From positions 1,364,001 to 1,428,000 of the forward strand of contig NC_043022.1 of NCBI RefSeq assembly GCF_006345805.1: 64,000 nt of DNA. Reading direction: 5' to 3'. Position 1 is the first letter of the stretch; every line of letters begins with the position of its first letter. Made by a program: the position numbers and the translations under genes. The stretch is from Octopus sinensis. Lineage: Eukaryota. The notes below the pieces were generated by a model that was not told where the DNA came from, did no database searches, and worked only from the letters and a program-made list of their open reading frames with translations. This document shows positions 52,882-64,000 of the stretch, piece by piece.

Positions 52882-53088
52882 GGTGGCAAGCTGGCAGAAT
52901 CGTTAGCATGCTGGGTGAAATGCTTAGCGGTATTTTGCCTGTTGCTATGTTCCGATTTCAAATTCTTCCGAGATTCACTTCGTCTTTCATCCTTTCGGGG
53001 TCGATAAATGAAGTACCAGTGGAACACTGGGGGTCGATGTAATCGAGTAGTCCCCTCCTCCAACATTTCAGGCCTTGTGCCTATAGTA

Positions 53089-53229
53089 TTAGGTTGTCCC
53101 AAAAGTTTGTAAACACTTGCGGAAATTGAATTTTTACTCGCCAGGTACTAACAAAAACAACAAAAATTATTCCTCAAAATAAAGACCATTATTTTCCAAG
53201 ACTTTCTACGAACTTTTGGGACAACCTTA
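53089..53229. mobile_element. Tc1/mariner MITE inserted in a SINE tail
   Basis: TA|TTAGGTTGTCCCAAAAGTT ... AACTTTTGGGACAACCTTA|TA; splits the SINE consensus cctatagTAgaaaggatt at its TA. Confidence 0.8.
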
Positions 53230-53702
53230 TAGAAAGGATTATTATTATTATTAATACTATTGTTAAGGTGGTGAGCTGGCAGAATGGTTAGCATGCCGGG
53301 CAAAATGCTTCGCAGCATGTCACCCATTGCTGTGTTCTCAGTTCAAATTCAGCAAAGATCAACTTTGCTTTTCATCCTTTTGGAGTCGATAAAATAAGTA
53401 CCAGATGAGTGCTGGGGGTCGATGTAATCGATTATCCCCCTCCTTGCAAATTTCAAGCCTTGTTCACCGTTATATAGGTCAGGTTGTTCATTTCCAGTCT
53501 TTCATGTAAACATGTCTGGCCATTGGGTAAATGTTCCCTTGCTTGGGAAACAAATCAGGGTTGGCAACAGGAAGGGGTTTTTGGCTGAAGAAAATCTGCC
53601 TCAGCGAAGTCCATCTGATCCTGACTCAGGGCAAGCGTGGAAAAGTGGACATTAAATGGTAATGATGTTGATGATGGTAAACTCTGAGGCTGTTAACAGA
53701 TA

Positions 53703-53775
53703 CTTGAATTAGCTCCATTGAGAGGGCATTAGATTGAAGATCTAGAGGTCTTGAGTTCAATCCTGGGTTTGGACA
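53703..53775 (+). pseudogene. tRNA-Phe(GAA)-derived pseudogene
   Basis: 73 nt colinear with canonical eukaryotic tRNA-Phe (..AGCTC..TTAGA.TGAAGATCTA.AGGTC...GTTC.ATCC.GGGTTT...CA); GAA at 53736-53738; stem-breaking substitutions. Confidence 0.8.
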
Positions 53776-55226
53776 AGTTGAGGGGGTCCTGATGAGTTCT
53801 TTGAATTCTTTCTAATTGAAATTTCTGTAGCTGGACTTAGGGAGGGACGGTCATAGATAGATGGGCAGATTGGTCGCACGTGTGTGTGTGTGTGTGTGTG
53901 AAGGCATGTAATGTAGTGGTTGCACTCTTGTTTCAATCCTGGGTTTAGGCAAGTTGAGGAGGTCCTGATGTGTTATTCAAATTTTTACTAATTGAAATTT
54001 CTGTAGCTGGTCTTAGGGAGAGAGGGTCATAGAAGGGCAGGTTACAGTCTCTGTCTGTCTGTCTCTCTCTCTCATGTGAAGGGGTGTGGCCTAGTAATTA
54101 AAATGTTACATTCATGATCATAAAATCCTAGTATTCAATTCAGTCTGTTGGTGTGCTATGATCTTGAACAAGACACTTCATTTCACATTGCTCCTGTCCA
54201 CTCGGTTGTAAATGGGTAACACCCTGCAAGATAAACATTTCATTCCAACAAATCTTTAGATACTCTCAATCTACAAGATCTAAGCGATTATTTGGTGAAA
54301 GTTTCATTAAAAAGTATTCATTTTTCTGGAAGTTATGAGGTAACAAAGTCAGTGGGGTATTAAACTGTAGTTATGCTTCTTTTCAATGAAAGTTCATGTT
54401 AATGGGTTAATGCTAACTTCCATTAAATTTTCAAAGAATTAATGGATTGACGAAGTTAACTTTAAAATTAACGCTGCCCACTTCTGCGTATATGTACATA
54501 TATATATGTGTGTGTATGTATATATATATGTACGTATGAGTGTATGTATGTGTATAAGTGTGTATGTATATATGTTTGTGCCTTAAAGGCGGCGAACTGG
54601 TAGAAACGTTAGCACGCCGGGCGAAATGCTTAGCGCTATTTCGTCTACCTTTATGTTGTGAGTTCAAATTCCACCGAGGTCAACTTTGCCTTTCATCCTT
54701 TCGGGGTTGATAAATTAAGTACCAGTTACGCACTGGGGTCGATGTAATTGACTTAATCCCTTTGTCTGTCCTTGTTTGTCCACTCTATGTTTAGCCCCTT
54801 GTGGGCAATAGAGAAATACATATGTTTGTGCCCAATGATGTTATAAAGTTTAGTTGTTGTCAGAATGGGGGGGACCACAAATCACTGAGTTAATAGGGCA
54901 CCAGAGAACCGGCCACAGGGAGCAGGGTTTAGAAGGGGGCTCGTATCTTGTCACGAGCATTGCATCATGTCCATGACCAAGACACTTAACTCTTAAGGGC
55001 TTGGTCCACTTGGCTCCAAGTAGGTACTTCACTGAGGCGTATAAATTCATGATAACTCCCCTCTCGGAAGTGGCAACATCATGGAATTGAACAAGCAGCT
55101 CACTGGTTGGTAGAGCTCACTACTACCACAGCAGCAACAGCAAGCAGCAGCTGTGGATTGTTATCTTTAGTAGATCTGTGCCCAGTTTCCAGTTCGTCAT
55201 GTTTCTCTCATCCACTTATTACTATA

Positions 55227-55260
<34 letters not shown>

Positions 55261-55472
55261 GCAGCAGCAGTAGCAGCAGTAGTTGTTAATATGCTCTGAT
55301 TTTTAGTGGTCTGTATGCATGAATGTGTGATGTGGAAGTGTGTTCGATAAGGAAAAGACCGTGTGTGGGTATTTGATGATGGATGACTGCTTTGCAAAAG
55401 TGCGATTCTTGCTTCAGTCCTGCTGTGTTGTACCATGGGTAAGTAGCTTCTACTATAAGCCCTAACATGACC

Positions 55473-55512
<40 letters not shown>

Positions 55513-56322
55513 TATAACGTTTGCCTTGTAAGCTTGTCGTCCCAGGTTCAATCCTGGTGTATGGTACCATGGCTGTGTCTTCTATATCCTTGAGCCACCA
55601 ATGCTTTGCAAGTGGGATAGATGGAAACTGAGAAGCTCATTATGTATATGTATGTGTTGGTGGGGCTTATGAAGTTCACTTTGCGAGCATATGTTTCCAA
55701 GTTCAATCCCAGTGTGTGGTACCATGGGCACATGTCTGCTATTGGTTTGAATTGACCAATGGTTTGGCAGTGATACTGATAGATGGAAATTTAGAAGAAG
55801 GCTGTTTGTTGTGTGTGTGAGAGAGCGAATGTTTCATCATTGACACTGTCTCAGCGATAAAGAAATGGAAAAATGAAAATTGGCCTCTTTGTTTACATTC
55901 CACTCCCCCCCATCCAATCAAAATCCCATCATTTCAGCTTTCAACACGATAAGGGTTGATGACAGGAAGAACCTCTGGTGGCCAACCCTTATCTCTGTCA
56001 ACAAGTTTCATGGGAAAATGGATGTAAAACTGACAGAATGTATTTTGAATGCTTAGGTATATATAAAAAAAAATGTGAAGAATCTGAAGTTATCAAGATA
56101 ATTTTGGTATAGGTTCCAGGCGGGTCATTAGATTCATTAGCACAACAACATTTTTTATCCAGCCTTGAAATTAACCATTTAATGCCATGACCTTATTTAT
56201 CTGTTTGTCTTAATTATGTATGTGTGTACGTATGTATGTATGTATATATATGTGTGTGTGTTTGTGTGTGTATGTATGTATATATATATATATATATAAT
56301 ATATATATATATATAATATATA

Positions 56323-56422
<100 letters not shown>

Positions 56423-56619
56423 CACAGGTCAGATGAGATCCAGAGATCCTCAGTATAGAAGACGCTTAGTAGTGCTTGAAAGATTCGGACTTGGACTCCG
56501 ATGTCTTTATCAGGGACCAATTCCATGAAGTAAAGAAAGGCTATAAGAGGGATCAAGTCGACCGGTTATAGAGGCAATTATGTGGATAAACAAATTAGAT
56601 ACATCAAATATATTAAGTA

Positions 56620-56676
<57 letters not shown>

Positions 56677-56767
56677 ATAATAAATATTAGGGAATTAATC
56701 CAAAATTACAGGGAAAAATCAGATTTAGGGTTAAATCCAATTTTATAGTAAAATATTATATAATATA

Positions 56768-57080
56768 ATTCGAGACAAAACCACTATTTTGCAAAACAAA
56801 CAAGGAAAGACTTAATCAATACATAAAAATTTTTAATATAAAGAAATAAACCGCCACTACAATTGTTTCATGTCTGCTACCGACAATCTTCAGGTGGATT
56901 TTCGATCTTCTAATCAGTATCAAATTTGATACTGATTAGAAGATCGAAAATCCACCTGAAGATTGTCGGTAGCAGACATGAAACAATTGTAGTGGCGGTT
57001 TATTTAATTTATATTAAAATTTTATGTATTGATTAAGTCTTTCCTTGTTTGGTTTTAAAATAGTGGTTTTGTCTCGAATT
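56768..57080. repeat. Long palindrome (81-bp perfect arms, no spacer, imperfect outer arms)
   Basis: 56844-56924 is the exact reverse complement of 56925-57005. Confidence 0.95.
56952..56995 (+). ncRNA. Minimal type-I hammerhead ribozyme-like motif (mirror copy at 56854-56897 on minus strand)
   Basis: ccac CTGAAGA t tgtc-ggtagca-gaca t GAAAC aatt GTA gtgg: core boxes, stem I CCAC/GTGG, palindromic helix III ACAATTGT, GUA cleavage triplet; U-U at the base of stem II. Confidence 0.6.
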
Positions 57081-57357
57081 ATATTATATATATATATATA
57101 TATATATATGATAGTTTGGGTATGAGATACAAAATATGTATAGATGCAAAATGAGAGAAAGCAGAAAAGTGGAAACTTTCAGAGGATGAATAGTTAAGTA
57201 TAAATATATTCATAGATATTTATATTAATAGGTCCAACTTAGAAAGAGTACAAACGATAGAAAATTAAAAGGGTGGAAGAAAGGTGTTATAAATCCAAGC
57301 AGTTTCTGGGGGCTCTCTGTCTCTCTCTATGTATATAATTGCCTCCCTCTCTCTATT

Positions 57358-57406
<49 letters not shown>

Positions 57407-58372
57407 TCCCAACCATATGGTTCTGGGTTCAGTCCCACTGTGTGGCACCTTCGGCAAGTGTTTTCTGCTATAGCCTCGGGCTAACCAAAGCTTTGTGGAT
57501 TTGGTAGAGGGAAACTCAAAGAAGCCTGTCGTATATATGTATATATTTGTGTGTGTGTGTGTCTATGCTTGTCCCCCTTCATCACTTGACAACCGATGTT
57601 GGTATGTTTATGTGCCTGTAACTTAGCGGTTCGGCAAAAGTGACTGACAGAATAAGTACTAGGCTTACAAAGAATAAGTCTTGAGGTCGATCTGTTCAAC
57701 TAAAGGCAGTGCTCCAGCATTGCCACAGTCAAATGACTGAAACAAATAAAAGTATAAAAGAATATATATATATATTTCCATGTTATTCTTTGTCAATAGA
57801 ATTCTAGAAATAGTATATAGGTACAAAACAGTGGGAAACATTTGGTAATCCAGCAGTGCTCTTGTGCCCACTCACCTGATGATGTGCAGAGACATAGCTG
57901 TTGTTGGATTCTATTAATGCAATAATGTATATAATACATAAAATACCCAGCAATTACCAGTTGATACTGATGCACAGAAACAATTATAGTGATTAGGATT
58001 AAAGCCTGTTTATTCCAACTTCTTGTATTATCATTTTCTTTTTGTATGAATTCTGTGGATATCAGTGGATTTCCACAAGTACTTCTAATGAAAGCAAAAT
58101 TCCTGCTGTGCTTTAGGTATCACCATGAATTTTTGAAAATATTTAAATGTAATTTCTGCTGTACTTTTCCTTAGAGAGCATCCAAAAAGAAACATTTTGA
58201 TACCTTGTTTGTGAAATTTGGGTGAATATTTTAGGTGAATATTTGATAATAGTAATAATAATAATAATATTAGTAGTGACTACAAGACACTAATTAATAT
58301 TGACTTTATTAGTTTCTTGACCTTATCTGTTCTTTAAATGATGTCATTTAATATTTTTCTGCTTTTTCTTAG

Positions 58373-58474
58373 TTGTCAGATATCTCCGTGGATGAAGCCA
58401 TGGCTAAAGTGTACGATACGAAAAAATCTCCTTCTTTGCCTGAATTTGATGAAAATATTGATCCTGATGAGAAG
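58373..58474 (+). CDS. RABEP1: Rabaptin-5 coding exon, acidic/Pro-rich insert
   Basis: polypyrimidine tract + cttag / AAG|gtgagt; 102 nt phase 0-0, stop-free; LSDISVDEAMAKVYDTKKSPSLPEFDENIDPDEK; no counterpart in the vertebrate sequence as I recall it. Confidence 0.8.
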
Positions 58475-58504
58475 GTGAGTGTCTCTTGTTTCTGTTTGCA
58501 GCTT

Positions 58505-58960
58505 GAGTGCCTTCAGTTTTCGCCTCAAGCGCCTCCCACTTTCGCCTCGGGCACCACCCACTTTTGCCTTGGGCACCACCCACTTTTGCCTTGGGCACCA
58601 CCTGCATTTGCCTCAGGCACCACCCACTTTCAACTCTGGCAACTCCTGCCTTCTCCTCGGGCGCCAGCTGCTTTCTCCTCGGGCGCCTCCCGCTTTCTCC
58701 TCGGGCGCCTCCCACTTTCTCCTCGGGCGCCTCCCGCTTTCTCCTCGGGCACCTCCCGCTTTCTCCTCAGGCGCCTCCTGCTTTCTCCTCGGGCGCCTCC
58801 CGCTTTCTCCTCAGGCACCACCCACTTTCACTTCAGGCACCTCCTCCTTTCACCTCGGGGGAGTGGGGGGCTTCTGCTTTCATCTCGAGCACCTCCCACT
58901 TTCTCATCGGTCACCTCCTGTTTTGGTCTCGAGTGCCTCCCCTTTTCATATCAAGTCTGT
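58505..58960. repeat. GC-rich 22-bp minisatellite, about 20 degenerate copies
   Basis: unit ctcctcgggcgcctcccgcttt, period 22 at 58681/58703/58725. Confidence 0.9.
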
Positions 58961-59912
58961 GGTCTTCTGTTTTTCCTGATTATATATTTTTGCAGTTACC
59001 ATCATAGTTTAGACTGGTGCACATTGTGCATTTGCGTGTTTCGCTTGCCTATCTAGAAGAGACTTGAACTCAGAGCACAACAACACCACTAAGCATATTG
59101 CCTACCATGCTAATAATAATGATAACAGTCCTTTCTACTATAGACTCAAGGCCTGAAATTTTGGAGTAGGGGACCAGTTGATTAGATCAACCCTAATATG
59201 CGACTGGTATTTAATTTATTGACCCTGAAAGGATGAAAGGCAAAGTTGACCTTGGTGGAATTTGAACTCAGAACGTAAGGACAGACAAAATACCACTAAG
59301 CATTTCACCCGGCGTGCTAATGATTCTGCCAGCTCGCCACAATAATAATAATAATAATAATAAAAATAATAATCCTTTCTATTATAGGCACAAAGCCTGA
59401 CATTTTTGGGAAGGGAGAGAGTTAATTATATTGACTGGCACTCTTTTCATTGACCCTGAAAGGATGAAAGGCAAAGTTGACCATGGCCGGACTTGAACTT
59501 GGAGTGCAATGACAGCTAACATACTGCTAAGCATATCGCTCGGTGTGCTAATAATAATAATAATAATCCTTTTTATTTATAGGCACAAGGCCTGAAATTT
59601 TGGAAGAGGGGACCAGGTCAATTACATCAACCCCAGTACTCAACTGGTACTTATTTTATCGACTCCAAAAGGTCGAAAGGCAAAGTTAGCCTTTGAGGGA
59701 TTAGGAATACAGAACGTAAAGCGTCGGAAGTGATAGGGTTTCTAATTTAGGTTCAAGGCCAGCAGTTTTGTCTGATGTTCTTATGGTTCTGTCAACTCAC
59801 CACTTAGAACTCGATAGAGTTTGCTTTATGTGCCGAATTCTAGTTTCATGGAACATGAACTAAAACGGAGACAAGCATGATAGAGTTAGTAGTTTTTGTA
59901 GTAGTAGTAGTA

Positions 59913-60149
59913 TTGGGTTGGTGCATAATTGTTGTGGCTTTTATTAACAAATTTCATTCAACAAAAACAATAACAATATTTAACAAAAACATCTTTAAAT
60001 GACGGTTTTGACCGTCTGCTAAGCAAATGGGAAGCAGTAATTGAGGTAGATGGTGAATATGCTCCGGAATAATCATTTAAAAATGTTTTTGTTACAGATT
60101 GTTATTGTTTTTGTTGAAGAAAAGCCTCAAAAATTATGCACCAACGCAA
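59913..60149. mobile_element. mariner MITE carrying the transposase C-terminal remnant
   Basis: TA|TTGGGTTGGTGCATAATT ... AATTATGCACCAACGCAA|TA; internal FDRLLSKWEAVIEVDGEYAPE-stop. Confidence 0.8.
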
Positions 60150-60296
60150 TAGTAGTAGCTAGAGTTTTAGGGTTCCAAGGGTTTTTTATTAAAATTTTTT
60201 GAAGAGGACACCCTACTTTTAAAAAGGATAACAAGGTTTATTTTTGTTTAGATTTTTTTTGTTTTGTTTTTTATTCATTTAAATCTTTTTTTGCAG

Positions 60297-60432
60297 ATTC
60301 AGCAACTGATGAAATATCTGAAAGCAGAGAAATCTTCACGGACAGATCTAGAAATGTTTGTTGCCGTTCTTAACACACAGAAGTCCGTTCTACAGACTGA
60401 AAACGACACATTGCGTACTGAGCTGCACGAAG
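60297..60432 (+). CDS. RABEP1: Rabaptin-5 coding exon
   Basis: ttgcag / G|gtaagt; 136 nt phase 0-1; IQQLMKYLKAEKSSRTDLEMFVAVLNTQKSVLQTENDTLRTELHE, near-identical to the family motif YLEAEKSCRTDLEMYVAVLNTQKSVLQ. Confidence 0.97.
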
Positions 60433-60717
60433 GTAAGTTTGCAGGAAGCGAATTCCTCACATTGCCACACGGACATGGACACACGGACACACACACACAC
60501 ATATGTATGATATTCATGAACCAATGAGGTGGCCTTTATGAGGATCGCTCAACATGTTAGAAAATAGCAACCACATTTCTCTAAAAAGAATACTTTTACT
60601 TGTTTCAGTCATTTGACTGAGGCCATGCTGGAGCACCAACTTTAGATGAGCAAATTGACCCTGGGTCTTATTCTTTGTAAGCCTAGTACTTATTCTATTG
60701 GTCTCTTTTGCCAAACC

Positions 60718-60947
60718 TCTTTCTTTACTGCCCACAAGGGGCTAAACACAGAATGGACAAACAAGGACAGACAAACGGATTAAATCGATTACATCGACCC
60801 CAGTACGTAACTGGTACTTATTTAATCGACCCCGAAAGGATGAAAGGCAAAGTCGACCTCGGCGGAATTTGAACTCAGAATGTAACGGCAGACGAAATAC
60901 GGCTACACATTTCGCCCGGCGTGCTAACGTTTCTGCCAGCTCACTGC
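60718..60947 (-). mobile_element. Family A SINE nested inside a family B SINE
   Basis: 13-bp TSD cttttgccaaacc; family B sequence continues on both sides. Confidence 0.85.
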
Positions 60948-61208
60948 CTTTTGCCAAACCACTAAGTTACGGGGACCTAAACACACCAGCATCGGTTGTC
61001 AAGCGATGTTGGGGGGACAAACACAGACCCCAAACATATACACACATGTGCATATATATATATATATTTTGGAAACAAGACATTTATACTACAGAGCCAG
61101 AGGTGGTTTCAGGTGGGTTGGTATCAAAAGGGTGAAATACAAAAATTTTGAGAGTGAAAAAACATGTTTTGCTTCTTTGTTTTATATTTTGTTTTGTTTG
61201 TTTAATAG

Positions 61209-61367
61209 TTTGTCGAATGTTTGAAGACGAGAAACGCGTTCATAACGATTTGAAGCGTACCTGGCAGATGGCTAACGACCAGTTCCTTGAGTCTCAAAGA
61301 CTGATGATGATGGACATGCGCCGGATGGAGAGTGTATTAACAACAGAACAACAGCGGCAGATTGTAG
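61209..61367 (+). CDS. RABEP1: Rabaptin-5 coding exon
   Basis: taatag / G|gtaagt; 159 nt phase 1-1; VCRMFEDEKRVHNDLKRTWQMANDQFLESQRLMMMDMRRMESVLTTEQQRQIV, cf. HTWQKANDQFLESQRLLMRDMQRME. Confidence 0.97.
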
Positions 61368-63235
61368 GTAAGTCTAACTTGGACTACTAATCTTTGTTGT
61401 AACATGAGCTGGTGAAGGAATGAGTATTTTCACCAATGTCATCTGGCTTGGCTTATTGTTAATCTCTATCTATCTGCTTAATCTTAAATACTGGCTTTCT
61501 GTTGGTTACGACAATGAGGGTTCCAGTTAATCTGATTAAGGGAACAACCTCTTTTACTTGTTTCAGTCATTTGACTGTGGCCATGCTGGAGCACCGCCTT
61601 TAGTCGAAGTAATCAACCCCAGGACTTATACTTTGTAAGCCTAGTGCTTATTCTATCGGTCTCTTTTGCCGAACTTCTAAGTACCGGGACGTAAACACAC
61701 AAGCATCGGTTGTCAAGTGATGTTGGCGGGACAAACACAGACACACAAACATATACACATACATACATATGTATATATACGATGGGCTTCTTTCAGTTTC
61801 CGTCTACCACAAATCCACTCACAAGGCTTTGGTTGGCCCGAAGCTATAGTAGAAGACACTTGCCCAAGGTGCCACGCAGTGGGACTGAACCTGGAACCAT
61901 GTGGTTGGTAAGCAAGTTACTTACCACACAGCCACTCCTGTGCCTGTGTGAAATTAACATGCAAGTGGTTGAGCACTCCACAGGCACATGTAGCCTTAAT
62001 GTAGTTTTGAGGAAAATTCAGGGCGACACAGAATCTGACAAAGCTGGCCCTTTGAATTACAGGTACCCCTCATTTTTGTCAGCCGAGTGGACTGAAGCAA
62101 TGCGAAATAAAGTGTCTTGCTCAAGAACACAACGCACCGCTGGAAATTGAACTCACAAGTTTACGTTTGTGAGCTGAATACTCTAACCACTAAACCATGC
62201 GCCTTTACCACACACAAACATACACTGGCATTACATCAGTTTTGATGACGAGGGTTCTAATTAATCCAGTCACCAGAACAGCCTGTTCATGAAATTAACG
62301 TGCAAGTGGCTGAGTACTCCACAGACATGTGTACCCTTAATGTAGTTCTCGGGGTGACTCAGTGTGGCACAGAGTGTAACAAGGTTGGCCCTTTGAAATA
62401 CGGCTACCTATAATTCATTTTTGCCAGCTGAGTGAACTGGAGCAATGTGAAATTAAGTGTTCTTGCTGAAGGACACAATGCTCCACAGGGAATTTGATGC
62501 ACAGCTTTGTTTGTGAACTGAATGATCTCACCACTAAACCATGCACCTTTACCACACACAAACATCAAAAAATCAAATGAAAATTGTAGTTGTGATACCT
62601 GTGCTGGTGGCACGTAAAAAGCACCACCTGTACGTGGCCGATGCACACAAAAAGAACCCATTACACTCATGGAGTGGTTGGTGTTAGGAAGGGCATCCAG
62701 CTGTAGAAACACTGCCAGATCAGACTAGAGCCTGGTGCAGCCTCCTGGCTTCCCAGACCCCAGTTGAACCGTCCAACCCATGCTAGCATGGAAAGCGGAC
62801 GTTAAACGATGATGATGATGATGATGATGATGATGAAACATGCACTGGCACTCCATCAGTTATGACGATGAGTATTCCAGTTGATTCAATTACCAGAACA
62901 GCCTGCTCATGAAGTTGTCAGGGATATGGCTGAGTACTCCACAGACCTATGTACCCTTAATTTAGTTCTCAGGGAGATTCACAGAGTGTGACAAGGCTGT
63001 CTCTTTTAAATTACAGGACACAATTCATTTTTGCCTGTTGAGTGGACTGGAGCAACGTGAATCAAATGTACTTGCTCAAGGATACCAGATGCTGCCAGGA
63101 ATCGAACTCACAACCTTACGATCGTGAGCTGGATACCCTAAGCACCAAGCCATGTTCTTTTACCAGCCATCACTGGTCCACTGCATTACCTCTGTGAGTA
63201 ATGCTATGTGTGTTTGTCTTTTTTGTGTCTTTTAG

Positions 63236-63340
63236 AACTACAACAGAAAGATCTGGAACGAGATGCTCAGGAACGGCGAGTCAAGGAACTCGAAGAAATG
63301 AGAGAGAAACAACAACGAGAACAAGAACAGAGACGGAAAG
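63236..63340 (+). CDS. RABEP1: Rabaptin-5 coding exon (gene continues beyond window)
   Basis: cttttag acceptor, phase 1; ELQQKDLERDAQERRVKELEEMREKQQREQEQRRK; donor G|gtttgt is weaker, so the 3' boundary is less certain. Confidence 0.85.
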
Positions 63341-63967
63341 GTTTGTTTGTTTGTTTATGTTTGTTTGGTGTTGTTATTTTTAGTTGTTATTTGGTTATGA
63401 TTTTTGTTGTTTTTATAAACGTTTTTAAAGATTTGTATTCACATGAGATTTTTTATTCATTTAAGTTTGCATGTCATTTTTTATTTTAGTATATCTTGGG
63501 TGGGTCATCATGCCAATAATAAACACGTGCTGGTTTGATTTCACTTCTATGTTTTATAGCCAATTGGTTAGTCATTTAACCAATTAACTAAACAATTGCT
63601 TAATTAATTGTTTGTTCAGGAGAGAGAAACACTTGCCATAGTGTAGCTGGGTGGCTCAGGATTTGTGGGGTTCCTTGAGTGCCCTAGAAGTCTTCCTGTA
63701 TCAGGAGGATCACATCATCCTCTTATTTATACTGTATACCACATATATATATTCTTTTATTTCTTTCAGTCATTTGACTGCGGCCATGCTGGAGCACTGC
63801 TTTGAAGTGTTTTAGTCGAACAAATCGATCCCAGGACTTATTTTTTGTAAGCCTAGTACTTATTTTATCGGTCTCTTTTGCCGAACCACTAAGTTACAGG
63901 GATGTAAACACACCAACATTAGTTGTCAAGCGATGGTGGAGGGACAAACACAGACACACATACACAC

Positions 63968-64000
<33 letters not shown>

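Noticed and set aside
58475-59056. Read-through extension of the RABEP1 exon into a 227-aa Pro/Ala/Ser-rich ORF
   Set aside because: A strong AAG|gtgagt donor sits at 58474; the extension is a 22-bp minisatellite open in all three frames.

Overview
Eukaryotic, AT-rich, microsatellite- and transposon-dense animal DNA. It is probably an octopod cephalopod, inferred from the tRNA-derived SINE repertoire and not verifiable here. One + strand gene spans the window: nine GT-AG coding exons (1858-63340, 1197 nt, 399 codons, phases consistent) of a Rabaptin-5/RABEP1 orthologue, with the first exon and the C-terminal exons outside the window. The introns, including a 36.7-kb phase-0 intron (11956-48631), hold a decayed full-length mariner, Tc1/mariner, pogo, hAT and piggyBac-type MITEs, non-autonomous Helitrons, a MULE/foldback-like element, RTE/CR1 LINE fragments, at least four SINE families, a tRNA-Phe pseudogene, minisatellites and many long palindromes. 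Most ORFs in the supplied track are microsatellite artefacts. The most interesting signals are (i) minimal type-I hammerhead ribozyme motifs of the Penelope-like-element kind, one inside a 162-bp perfect palindrome that would pair the sense ribozyme with its own antisense copy in the pre-mRNA; (ii) three frame-preserving candidate cassette/micro-exons (9, 126, 33 nt) in the giant intron; (iii) a MITE-spacer-MITE composite present twice, 38 kb apart.
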